Origin: Octopus vulgaris
Taxonomy: Eukaryota
Length of the DNA: 64,000 nucleotides
Assembly: GCA_951406725.2 (NCBI GenBank)
Contig: OX597818.1
Coordinates: 78,864,001 to 78,928,000 of the forward strand
Direction of reading: 5' to 3'
Shown here: positions 38,651 through 50,982 of the stretch, piece by piece
How the letters are laid out: the number at the start of each line of letters is the position of its first letter
Position numbering within the stretch: the stretch's first letter is position 1
Translations under genes and position numbers: made by a program
The notes under the pieces: generated by a model
Told to the model about the DNA's origin: nothing
The model's input: the letters and a program-made list of their open reading frames with translations, nothing else
Database searches by the model: none

Positions 38651-40215
38651 CGGCCTACCTAAAATACTCAAGAGCAAGATAATTAATGAAGCCTGCAAAG
38701 AATCACCAAGCAAATACATAAATAGCTTAGCGCCAGGAGATTTAAAGTTAAGACCCATTATAGCTGGCCCAGCCTGTGCAGTTTTCTAGACATCCTACTT
38801 AAATCCTTGCTGAAATATATCAAAAGGTTCATTAGAGATAATCAAGACATGTTTGAGCACCTACCAAAAACAGCTAATGAAGAGACATTATTGGCTTCCT
38901 TCGATGCTGTTAATTTAATCTTTACATCAATATCCTATATGACTATGAAATAGAAGCAATAAATGTATTGTTGGCAGGAAAAGTATCCCGAAGTACTTCC
39001 GGAACGCATAAACCAGGTTTTTATTATTGAAACTTTATACTTCAGAAGAATTATTTCCTATTTGGTGACATCTACTATCGTCAAAAATGCAGAATTGCGA
39101 TGGGAACGAAAGCAGCCTCTGTACTTGAGAACCTAATAAAGGGATATTTTGAATTCGCCATATATGAAGTGTTACAGCAAAAATATGGATATCCATTTCA
39201 CGAACAGTTTTTCGAAATCACTAACAGAAGTCACTAGAAAAACTCTTATATATTTGCATACAGGCTTTCCCTTTCATCGTGATCCGGTGAATACCGCCCG
39301 TTGATAAGAGGCAACAACCTCGAAACTGTCAGTCCGGTGCGTATCACTTAGGCATACGAGAAAGAGATGGCCTCCCTTTGCAAATACCACAAGGGCACAG
39401 ATAGTGTGCCTAAAGCCAGCTGGAGACGACGATCTCCTGGGGCTAAAAAGCTACTGTAACACCCCCCTTTGTGGTTAGCGATATCGAAATGGCTATTATA
39501 CTTTACATTATCGAGCGATTACTGTTTACATCTCGTTCTGAGATTTAATAATGCTTTGATAAACTGTTGGAATTTAAATCAATACTAAATAATATAATCC
39601 CTAACATTCAATTTACAATTGAATATAGCAAAGAACAGCTCCCTCTGACATTTCTCACAAACCAACGCACTCAAAACAATATCTCCTGTTTAGCTCATGC
39701 TATCCAATACACACCAAAAGAAATACCCGATTTAATGTAGCAAAAATGATTTGCACAATAGTGTCTGATGGAAATACTCGGGACCTTCTTCTTCAAGACC
39801 TCAAAACAACACTTACTGAAAGACAATATCCACCCAAAGTTATAGACGATGGAATTAAGCGTGCTAAGAAATTAGCATTAAAACACTAAGGGTAACAAAA
39901 CGTAACATCACACCTCATCTCAAAACACTACCGTATATATCAACTCACAACCCTAGAAACAATGAGGCATACAACACTCTTGTACAAAAACCTACCTATG
40001 CCAAAATGAACAACATTCTGAAAACATAAATTAATTGAATGCAAAAAGTAACACAAATCGCTGAAAAGACCTCTAACAAATGCGAACCTTTACACAACAA
40101 CCACGAAACCAACGGTTAAAAATTGTGGACGCTCAAAATGTGGAACTTACTCCAACGTACTTGAAGCCTCGGAATTCCTATTCAAGCAAGGAGAGAGGTT
40201 CACAATTAAAACCAA
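38645..40215 (+). mobile_element. Decayed Penelope-like element (RT through linker), interrupted near 39200-39510
   Basis: YGLPKILKS, LRPIIAG, IAMGTK and Cys-rich KCGRSKCG-like remnants with many stops. Confidence 0.7.
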
Positions 40216-40218
40216 CTA

Positions 40219-40254
<36 letters not shown>

Positions 40255-40594
40255 TGTATGTATGTATGTATGTATGTATGTATGTACGTATGTATGTATG
40301 TGCGTGTGTGTATGTGTGTGTGTGTGTGTATGCAAAAGTATAGAGAATTGATTTGTTCTGCAAAACCATACAGATCTGGAAACTCCAAAATGTGACCTAT
40401 GTTTAGAAGAATTCTACCGGATTTTTACATTCAAGGGTAATGTAATAAATTATAGACAGAAAGAAGCTCCGAGATGCTTGCACATGAGGAAATTCACGTT
40501 TGCCAACTATAAATGAATAATAAACATTTAAATAATAGGGTGGTTTGAAATAATGGACTATTAGTGAGTGTCCAATCTAAGCTTGAAATAAAGG

Positions 40595-40649
<55 letters not shown>

Positions 40650-40861
40650 CTTTTCTTTTACTTGTTTCAGTCATTTGACTGCGGCCATGCTGGAGCACCA
40701 CCTTTAGTCGAGCAACTCGACCCCGGGACTTATTCTTTTTGTAAGCCCAGTACTTATTCTATCGGTCTCTTTTTGCCGAACCGCTAGTGACGGGGACGTA
40801 AACACACCAGCATCGGTTATCAAGCAATGCTAGGGGAACAAACAGACACACATACACACAC

Positions 40862-40933
<72 letters not shown>

Positions 40934-41095
40934 GACAGGCTTCTTTCAGTTTCCGTCTACCAAATCCACTCACAAGGCATTGGTCGGCCCGGGGCTATAG
41001 CAGAAGACACTTGCCCAAGATGCCAGGCAGTGGGATTGAACCCGGAACCATGTGGTAGGTAAACAAGCTAGTTACCACACAGCCACTCCTGCGCC
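40650..41095 (-). mobile_element. SINE family A copy
   Basis: Full-length reverse-complement match to family A. Confidence 0.85.
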
Positions 41096-41704
41096 TATAT
41101 ATATGCACATGTAAACAAAGAGGGATTAATAAGGGATTAGTATTCCAGGAAGTTGAGTTGTTTTGGCTCTGAAGATGATTACCTGTCGGTAATAGTACCC
41201 ATATTTTCAGTCGATCATCTAATCGATTGATAAGACTGAACCATGGATATAACAACCCGTATTTCTGATTTTGTTTATATATATATATATATATCTATAT
41301 ATAAAACTGAAATGCGTTTTTACCGCTTGGATCGCTTTCAATGCCACTACATCCCGTCCGATTCGCTCCAAAATTTACAGGGACATGTAGAATGAGGTGA
41401 CGATGCGCGTGGGCTACCTTAGAAATCCCTATCTTAAAAGGTGTGGTTGCTAGGGGCCATCTTCCTCACTCACCCTACTTCCTCCAGTACTCTGTCACTC
41501 CTCTTCATTTGACAATGCCACTACGGTTATTTAATGTAAAGTCTTCCTCAAATCACTCTCTCGCTGTTTCCTCTCTTCCAAGAACATTTTCACTCACTCT
41601 TATCTCTTAGCTTCCCATACATTTTACTCATGTATCTATCAGTTTCATAGACAGAAATAAATATTACATCGCCATCGCCATCGCATTCTATTGTCTACCT
41701 GTCA

Positions 41705-41739
<35 letters not shown>

Positions 41740-43199
41740 CATATATCTAATATTATATTTTTATTTTTGTTTTTGTTTTTGTTTTTTTACTGTTTCATTT
41801 CCCTATTAGTGGTTTGATCTCTAATTTAATTTCTACAGCGTGCACACACACACACACACACACACCTATATGTGGCCCCAGTACACCCGAATGAAATCGG
41901 GTTCTCTTCATCAAAATGTGAAAAGAGGTCTACAATTATCATCGCCACAACTTATGTATGTCTTCCTCACTCACTCACTCTATTTCCTAATGATAATTAT
42001 CATCGCCACCACCAACACCACCAACACACAATCATGACAATCTTTCTCTTAAAACAAATCATGTTTACATTGCAAAATATTTCATTTTCCCGTCCTCTCT
42101 TTCATATATCACCTTTTCTTTCTCGAGCTCTCTCTTCTTTCGCCGTCTCTATTTATTCTACAACGAGTCTATCAATGACAGCCGCAAAAGTTTCAATATT
42201 CCTACTTCACCTCTTTCAGAAACGCTACAAATATTTTTTTTTTGCCAGGGTTATCCCTACTTCAATGATGTGCGGAAACATAAACCTGTGATTGTCTGAG
42301 AAGAACTTCAGAAGGAATTACTTTTTGTTGAATTGTCATTCTTCAAATTATTTCATTTTTTTTTTCTGTATTTATTTTCTCTCTTTCTCTCTCCCTCTCT
42401 CTCTCTCTGCTTTATGTCTTTTAAAATATCAGGAACTTTTCTTGTTTTTAATATAGTTCAATGTTAAATGATAGGAAAGTCAACTTCTTGTAATAATTCT
42501 TTTTCCATTTTTGGATTGAAGTGTTGGGAGATTCTTCTATTTTCCAAAATTTGGGACTTTTTTTTTTCTTTTTTTAAGTGACATTTTAATAAGATAACAA
42601 TTAACAGTTTCTCTTCTGTTAGTCATTGGGAAGAGTACTTTGGATTATCTGCGAGTTTGATTTCTTAAAATTTTATCCTTTTGCACTATTAACTTCATTT
42701 TCACAGTGCCTATTTACCATTTTATTTCTACATTATGTTTCAATGCCATAGATCTCCGATCCTTATTACTTCAATATAGATACAAACTAGGAACCTTTTC
42801 TCTAATCTTGCAGCAATTATCTCTTTTGCATATTCTTTCTTTGAATCTCGTCTACCACTGCCATATCTATATTCAGGAATAAAACACCTGGTAACCGGAG
42901 ATCAAACTGCTTAAAATATGTGGATTTAAATGGAAATATGAAGTTAACTGTGAAATATAAAGTCCTGTCATTCCATTTTAGTTTCTCTCAATAAGCTATT
43001 TTTCTTCATATCTGAAATCTCCTGCTTTCTAAATTTTTTATTTGGATCCTATTTTTAGATCGACAGGAGAAAGTGTAAAGGCTTATATTGTTTGAATCTC
43101 AACTAGTTTACTTGAATTTCCAACCTTTGTCCTTTGAAAGACAGTTGTAGACGTCACTATTTCTGTTAACGGACGTAGAATTAAATGTTTCAGAATACT

Positions 43200-43570
43200 G
43201 CATTGGTCACTTGACTTGACCATGATATGTTGAGATATTCAAGATTTGGACAACCCTCACTCAAAAATTTCAAAGAATTGTTTGAAATTTCTGTACACGA
43301 GGACAAATTTAATCGAGATAACTTCACACAATATTTCCCTAAACTCTGACAAGTTAGGTCTGTGATCTTTTTACAGTTATTCAAATTTAATTCTTCTATA
43401 TTTCTGCACTGCTGTGAGAATTTCATTAAAGCACCATCTGTTATACTCTGACATCCTCTCAGACTCAAAGATTTTAAAAACCCACCACATCGTTTAGAAA
43501 TATGTTCAACAACTGGACCCTCAATAGCTAACTGGAAATCAAAAAGATCAACTCTCTGCCAGTTACTTCC
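43200..43570 (-). pseudogene. FBXL20: Captured fragment of F-box/LRR protein FBXL2/FBXL20 (LRR region), no introns
   Basis: GSNWQRVDLFDFQLAIEGPVVEHISKRCGGFLKSLSLRGCQSITDGALMKFSQQCRNIEELNLNNCKKITD...LSEGCPNLEYLNISWSSQVTN matches the FBXL2/20 sequence just after the F-box. Truncated at both ends. Confidence 0.9.
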
Positions 43571-43850
43571 AACTGGACAGTCAGCTAAACCTGTCACAGT
43601 AGAAAACTTTCTCAAGGAAAGCAAGTGTATATGGTACGGAAGATTGGTCAACAAAATAAATACATGGATAATTGTTGTTATTATCAACATTATCCACAGA
43701 CAATCAAGATGTGACCAGCCCATGTTTTTCTTGTTTATCTAAGATATTGTTCAATTCCCCCTTTTTTTCTGGCGGGGTGGGGGTCCTTATAGCTAGCAGG
43801 GTATGATTTGAGAGGGACATTTCGCTGCCAAAATGCAACATTTAGTAGTT

Positions 43851-44432
43851 TCAGAAATCCTTTTGCCGATGTAGCCGGCAAATGGTGATCGCAAAAGCCA
43901 AGAGGATGATGAGAAGAATGGCGTTGATCACAACTAGTGCCCAGGTGGTCTTCATGAAGGTGGTCATCTTTTCAGATTCTATCTTGACAACAGGCGATCC
44001 TTGGCAAAATTTTAAGGAGACTTTAGGGAAATAATCCGTCCAAAACATGTATTCTTGCTGTCGATATTGGAAGCTTACTCTTGTATGGTTGTCAATGATC
44101 ATATAGCTCTGATTGTTCCATCGGAACGGAGGCCAGAAAACATCCCGGAAATATTTGAGATCATCTCTGGATGGAGTTGGGGCCCCGTGTAGAGTGAAGT
44201 TGGTGAACACTGTCATCATGTAATTACTCATTTCAATGTCGTGCACTGAGTAGTCTTGGCGGGGGTAGACTCCAGTGATCTTACTGTAGCACCGGGAGAA
44301 GTAAGGGAAGCCGAACACATACTGCAATTCCTGACCGTGAGCAACTCCTCTCCATGGTGGAAGATAATCATAATGTGACTTGTATTTGAAGACATAGAAG
44401 TAGGTATAGTTATATCTCGCATGGTATTTCAC
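43851..44432 (-). pseudogene. Captured C-terminal fragment of a carboxylesterase/cholinesterase/neuroligin-family protein with TM helix
   Basis: TYFYVF...WRGVAHGQELQYVFGFP...MSNYMMTVFTNF..HGAP...WPPF, then a hydrophobic TWALVVINAILLIILLAFAITIC and a stop. The N-terminal part of the domain is absent. Confidence 0.85.
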
Positions 44433-44637
44433 AACTACATCCCGTCGGATTCACTCCAAAATTTACACCTTCTCTTTCTACCACTAACCATTCAATTTCT
44501 CTTTATCTCCATTTTTAAAGATAATTATCATCGCCACCACCACCAACACACAATCTGGACAATCTTTCTCTTATAACAAATCATATTTACATTGCAACGA
44601 CGTCTGCCACCTCCGCCGTCTCTATTTATTCTGCAAA

Positions 44638-44835
44638 TGACAAGAACTCGGGAAACTTGATTTAGTGTTCTATGGTCTATGACCAGAACTCGGGAAACTT
44701 GGTTGAGTGTTCTATGGTCTATGACCAGAACTCGGGAAACTTGCTTGACTGTTCTATGGTCTATGACCAGAAATCGGGAAACTTGGTTGAGTGTTCTATG
44801 GTCTATGACCAGAACTTGGGAAACTTGGTTGAGTC
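44638..44835 (+). repeat. 42-bp minisatellite, ~4.7 copies
   Basis: Unit GACCAGAACTCGGGAAACTTGGTTGAGTGTTCTATGGTCTAT. Confidence 0.9.
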
Positions 44836-45485
44836 CTCATCTTATAAAATGTGGCCCCAGTAGACCCAAATGAAATCGGGTTATATTAACCAAAAGGTGA
44901 AAAGGGGTATAAATGGGGCTGGAAGGGGATTAAAATTTAAAGGAGCGGGTGTTTAGCAATTCTCTGTTACATCAAGCTAAAAAGTTTGCGCCAGCCTTTT
45001 AATCGTCAATGTGTTGCCGTCTACTGTCGTGAGAAAGAATCAAGTCAAAACTTAGTTTTTAGGGATTTTCTTTTACATCAAGTTCAACATTTTACGCCAG
45101 CCGTTGAACTGTCAATACGTTGCTGTCCGTCGTTAAGAAATGCCAGCCATGGTGACTCTACTATCCTCAAATTCTATCCCTTCAAACTTTGGTTTCCAAT
45201 ATTTTATTATTTTTATTCAGCTCGCAAGTTCGTCTGTCCCTTTTAAATGTTAGTATTTTGCTGTCTGTCTTGAAGCAGACCTTTCCTTTGTAACTGCCTG
45301 ATATTTATGATTGATCTTTCTAAATATTTTATTTCTCAACTTACTCAAGATCTTTTGTTGTTTATAAATGGGAGAGAGATACGTAAAGATAGAGAGTAAG
45401 AGAAAGCGAGGGAGAGTCCGAGAGAAAGGAAGAGTAAGAGAGTGGGAAAGTGAGAAAGAAAGGAGAAAGAAACAAAGAGGGAGAA

Positions 45486-45800
45486 TCATCATCATCATCA
45501 TCATCGTTTAACGTCCGTTTTCCGTGTTAGCACGGGTTGGACAGTTTGACAGGGGTCTGGGAAGCCAGGAGGCTGCATCAGGCTCCAGTCTGATCTGGCA
45601 GTGTTTCGACAGGTGGATGCCCTTCCTAACGCCAACCACTCTGTGAGCGTAGTGGGTGCTTTTTTCGTGCCGCCTGCACAGGTGCCAGGGGGGGGTGGCA
45701 GCGGCCACGATCGGTTGGTGCTTTTTACGTGCCACCAGCACAGAAGCCAGTCAAGGCGGCGCTGCAATCCGCCACGTTCGGATGGTGCTTTTTATGTGCT
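45486..45800 (-). mobile_element. SINE 3' portion (MetaSINE-like) inside the Helitron
   Basis: Minus-strand GGTTGGCGTTAGGAAGGGCATCC motif and tail CGGACGTTAAAC(GAT)n. Confidence 0.6.
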
Positions 45801-46713
45801 GAAAGGAAGCAACAGAAAGTAACAACCACACTCTTACCCGCGCGTAGAGCGGGTCACCTTCAGCTAGTATATATATATAGAGATTTTGAAAATTTCTTTG
45901 CTAATAGTGGTCTAGCGAGAAGAAAAAAAACTAGTCAATAGACTATATATTATTCATATAAAAATACAGTGTACATTTAAACACATAAGAGATGGCCGTA
46001 ACAGAACATCTGACCCGCTTGAAGGAGTAGTTAAACTCCAAACCACTATTAGGGTTAATTTCGAAAGGGAATGAAAAATATAAACATTTATCCGCAATTT
46101 CCTGTACTATGTTTTCAAGCTATCTTCAGCAAATAAAATAATTTACTAGGCGAAGTTCTCATCAACAGGAAAGCTAAGATTGGCTTTCTCAAAATAAGAA
46201 CAACATTAAAAAAGTGAACATGAATATATCGTGCGTGTGTTTGTTTGCCAAAAATAAAATGACTATCCTGAAATTTAATTTTCAACACATTAGTGATATT
46301 GCAAAACAAATACATGAACGTACACACACACACAGACATGAGCGCGCGCATACACACACACACACATACATGTGCTCTCTCTCTCTCAAACACACATACA
46401 CATAAGTATGTATTTATGTATGTATATAAACATTGCCAGAAACACTAACCTGAATAGCTTATTAGCTGTCTGTCTTCAATAATGAATGAAGTATTCTTTC
46501 AAGATTGTAAGCTTTTTATATTCAACAATGTTTTGTATGCGAGTGGTAAAATAAGAATATTATAAATCGTTGATGCTGATGATCTAGTAAATTCACACAA
46601 TGTCGTCTTATTTTCAGTATTTGATGGTAATGAATGCGATTATTCATTATAACAGCAAAAAAAAAAAAAAAAAAAATACGGAAGTATTGCAAATGGTAAA
46701 CGCTATTACTTAC

Positions 46714-46849
46714 TGAAATCCAAGCGCATTGCAGGCAAGTTTTGCACCCGTATTGTTCCACGAAGTACTGCATAGATTTCCCCAAACTCCATTTATATTT
46801 ACCTCTAGACGACCTTCGTTTTCATTTTTTCCAATGACTCGATAGATTT
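46714..46849 (-). CDS. Multi-SRCR protein exon: domain 3, N-terminal half
   Basis: tttAG/GTAAG. EIYRVIGKNENEGRLEVNINGVWGNLCSTSWNNTGAKLACNALGF. Confidence 0.92.
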
Positions 46850-47721
46850 CTAAAGAAAAACGTCAAAATTACAAAACTTTGTTAGAAAAACAATTGAATA
46901 TTTCGTAATTAAGCTCCCATTTCGGGCTTACTCTGTTAGTAACAGTACACATTAAAAAATTTGAAAGTTCTGAATTCTCTATTAATTTAACGTTGGCGTT
47001 GTGAGAATTTCAATGTCTTTTAACATTCAGTTTTAATATTTTACACTCTTGATTGGGAAAAGAAATCGGTTACATCTCAAACAAAAGTCAACAAACAAGA
47101 AATGATCTATCAAGAGAATCCTTACCTCATTGATCGAAAGCATAAAGACGATATGTTTACATTCTTGTATTTTTCTCACAGCTAGGTTTGCTAATGATTA
47201 AATTTATTTCAGCCCTTTTGATCCTTGCTACACTTTCCGTAAAATATATATGGTTTCTTCTTAAAATTTACGAATTTTATTTCAATTTATAAATTTTATC
47301 CAAATTAAATACAAACTTTGATATCGAGAATTAATTAGAAGTGCTTAATATGAAAGAGGACGAAGGTGTCCGTTTGTGTAGAGTTAAGAAATATAAAGAG
47401 TATAACGTAAATATAACTTCAGTGAAAAAATTTTTTACAGAATAAGACAATTCTAGAAAGCAGTAATCTAATGTAAAATAGTCACTTAATTTAACATATT
47501 AAATATTAGGCGAATAAGGCGCCCTAAATCAACAGAAAGCATTACAAAACCACAAGGAGCACCACATTGAAAATAATGCCATCTTACGTCTCTTGGTTAA
47601 CCACCAGTTGCAGAACCCAAGTAGTTAATTTTTGGAACTCTAAAATTTTATAATACACTCGACAAAAACATTTAATTTTCCTTTCTCAAACATTCCTATT
47701 TAGCCAGTATTCATTACTTAC

Positions 47722-47873
47722 CATTTGCACATCTAATAAATGGTACATATGCGCCTCCGTACCCACATGGTTGATAGTTGATTATCCAAGTATCATTGAA
47801 CATAGCGATAAGATCAATGCACGAAAGTTTTGGAGATGTAGGGAAGTTGATATACTCTAATGTTGTACCCGTG
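47722..47873 (-). CDS. Multi-SRCR protein exon: divergent domain 2, C-terminal half
   Basis: tccAG/GTAAG, 152 nt, phase 2-1, open frame TGTTLEYINFPTSPKLSCIDLIAMFNDTWIINYQPCGYGGAYVPFIRCAN. Phases fit both neighbouring exons. Confidence 0.72.
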
Positions 47874-47942
47874 CTGGAATATAATAGTAATAATAACAAG
47901 AAGAAGAAGAAGAAGAAGAAGAAGAAGAAGAAGAAGAAGAAG

Positions 47943-48030
<88 letters not shown>

Positions 48031-48245
48031 GTTTCAAATTTTACCACAAGGTTAGCCATTTTGGAGGAGGGGATGAGTCGATTACATCGACCCCAGTGTT
48101 TTACTGGTGCTTAATTTATTTAATAATGAGGTGAGGGGTATGATGTTGATTACTTCGACCTCGGTGCCAACAATTTTGCAAGCTCACCGCCTTCATAAAC
48201 AAAAACCACAACAAAACAACAACAACAATAAAAACAATAATAATA

Positions 48246-48812
48246 TGCCCTGATGCAGTGCCAGGCAGTGGCTTTCATGGCCTCTGATCTTAACTGACTA
48301 GAAGTGTTATCATGTATATGTTTTGTTTTGGTATAAAAGATGGGCTACAGCAAATATTCTACTGAATATCACAGATTTGCTTGTCACTTGCTTAACTTTT
48401 ACCATTTGGGCATCTCCCTTAACTGACAATATGTGCTTCTCTAATCACGAGCAGAAATAGTTGGCGGGGCTGAGCATCAAAGCCATATGTTGAAAGGAAT
48501 TCTTTGGGGTTTGAATAATTCGCCTCTGGAAACATGGGTGTTTCGTTCAACATTCATAAACAAACCTTATTTAGGGGCCGTTTGTGCTTGATGGGCTACT
48601 CGAGCTGAAGAAAATTCTAAGTGGGCCCTACCTGCAAAGTCCAGCGCAATTTATCTTGTTATGAAATCACAATGTCACGCACATGTGGTTGTGATGCATG
48701 TGCCTAGTATACCCTTATGTGAAGGGTATTCATGATGAGTATATTGGGCTTCGTATATTTGTATCTCAGTGTCACTTTGATGGCATGTGCTGCTCTCTCA
48801 GTAATAATAATG

Positions 48813-48883
<71 letters not shown>

Positions 48884-48902
48884 AATAATAGAAATAAAAA
48901 AA

Positions 48903-48966
<64 letters not shown>

Positions 48967-49829
48967 GTAACAGCAACAAAAACAACAACAATAATAACAG
49001 TAATGATAATAATAATATAACACGTGTTACAAGCGACGGAAATCGAAACAAAAACAAAGCGACTTCCCACAAACGAATATAAATAGGAGCAAATTAGTCA
49101 CTCAGATTAAAACATCACTAAACATTTATGCCCAGAAACATATCTACCAAAAAACATTAGAGGCTTAGAGGCGAATGCCGACCTATTAGCTTCATGCAGC
49201 TACTATACGATAAATATATCCATTCGAAGAAAATGAATGCGGTGTCATGTCAAAAAAGTCAATTCTGAACAAATAAACCAGTCTCCTAACGTCACCGTCA
49301 ACGTTTTAATGACAAGCCAAAACTCACGCCGGATCGGTCATCACCGACAGACCGATCTAGGCTAATAAACCAGACATAATCATTAAATCCAGGGAGGAAA
49401 ATACTTGTAGACTAATAGATGTAAGTGTTCCCACTGATAAAAATATATCTATAAAAATATAGCTGAGGACCATGTCTGAGAGAAATCCAAAAGATTCTGC
49501 TGACAAGTACTATTCACATCCTTAGAAAAGACCTTATCAATTTATATGTCCGTGTTGTATTACATGAAGATATTTCACTACTGCTCTTACCACTTCCTCT
49601 CCCCAGGCTTTCTGTCATACTGTACAATCTCTTATCCTTCACTCGCCCTAGGACGCTGGGTATGTCGCGACAAGTGATTGTAGCAAACATGCAGATTAAA
49701 AGTAAACAACAACAACAACTACAACAATAATTTTTTATTAATCTTTGACACAAAATCAGCAATTCTGAGGTGAGGAGGATGTCGTTTACATCAATCTCGG
49801 TGCTAAAGATTTTACTAGCTCGTAGCCTC

Positions 49830-49909
<80 letters not shown>

Positions 49910-50948
49910 CCAGGCAGTGGCTCTCATGGCTTCTGATCTTAACTGATTGGAAGTGTTATCATGTACATTGTTTTGTCTTGGTATAAAAGATGGGCTACAG
50001 CAAATATTCTGCTCAATACCATAGATTTGCTAGTCAGTTGTTTGACCTTAACCAGTTGAGCATGTCCCTTAGTGGCTGACGATATGTGCAACTCTGATCA
50101 CGAGCAGAAGTAGTGGGGGAGCATCATAGCCATGTGTTGGAAGGGATTCTTTGGGGTTTGAATAATTCACCTCTGGAAACATGGGTGTTTCTTTCAACAT
50201 CCTTAAACAACCCTTATTCAGGGACTTTTTGAGCGGGATGTGCTACTCAACCTGAAGAAAATTCTAACTGGGCCCCACCTGCAAGGTCATGTGATGTTTA
50301 TATTGATATGAGATCACCATGTCGCGCACATGTGGTTGTGATGCATGTGTCTGGTGTACCCTTATCAGACGGGTAGTCATGATGGGTATATTGGTCTTCG
50401 TATATTTTACCCCAGTGTCACTTTGATGGCATGCACTGCTCTCTCACTCAATAATAATAATAATAATGATGATAATAATGATAATAATAATAATAGTAAT
50501 AATGATTTCATTTATTTGCCACAAGGATAAAAGATGAGGAAGACAAGACAAAAGCTGACATAAACGTAGAAGTTATACTTGGATTCTCAACGCTACACAG
50601 TGTCCAAAAAATAGCCCTGCTGGGAACAGCCCACATCTTACGCAAGGCACTAATCAATCCAATAATACAACTTAAACAAAACAAACTAGAAATACAAGAC
50701 AGTCTATGCAACAATTACCCAATGAAATAAATTCCACCAGCAAGCTAATAACCAGTGCATTACACCCTCAGCACACAATACAAGCAGTAACACAGCAAAA
50801 TACTGCATCACACCTCAAGAAGAAAAAATACTAATACTGGGAAGTGTTTGCACACTCCCAACAGCAGAAAAGAACACATTAAAGGCAGACAGCATAGCAG
50901 CTGATGTCGTAGAAATTTACCCCAATCTACCAAATGTTGAACAATTAT

Positions 50949-50982
<34 letters not shown>

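Larger units (their letters stand above)
41294..45867 (+). mobile_element. Composite non-autonomous Helitron carrying captured gene fragments
   Basis: 5' A|TCTATATATAAAACTGA, similar to the start of the 28439 Helitron. 3' hairpin ACCCGC-GCGTAGA-GCGGGT (45836-45854) 9 nt before CTAG|T. No TSD; sits in (TA)n. Confidence 0.8.

Noticed and set aside
43190-43723. 177-aa ORF as a standalone FBXL gene with a hydrophobic N-terminus
   Set aside because: The first ~50 residues are unrelated to FBXL2/20, the F-box is missing and homology stops mid-LRR; it is a chance in-frame fusion inside a Helitron.
44638-44835. Regularly spaced repeats resembling a CRISPR array
   Set aside because: Whole 42-bp units repeat head-to-tail with no unique spacers, there are no cas genes and the context is eukaryotic; it is a minisatellite.
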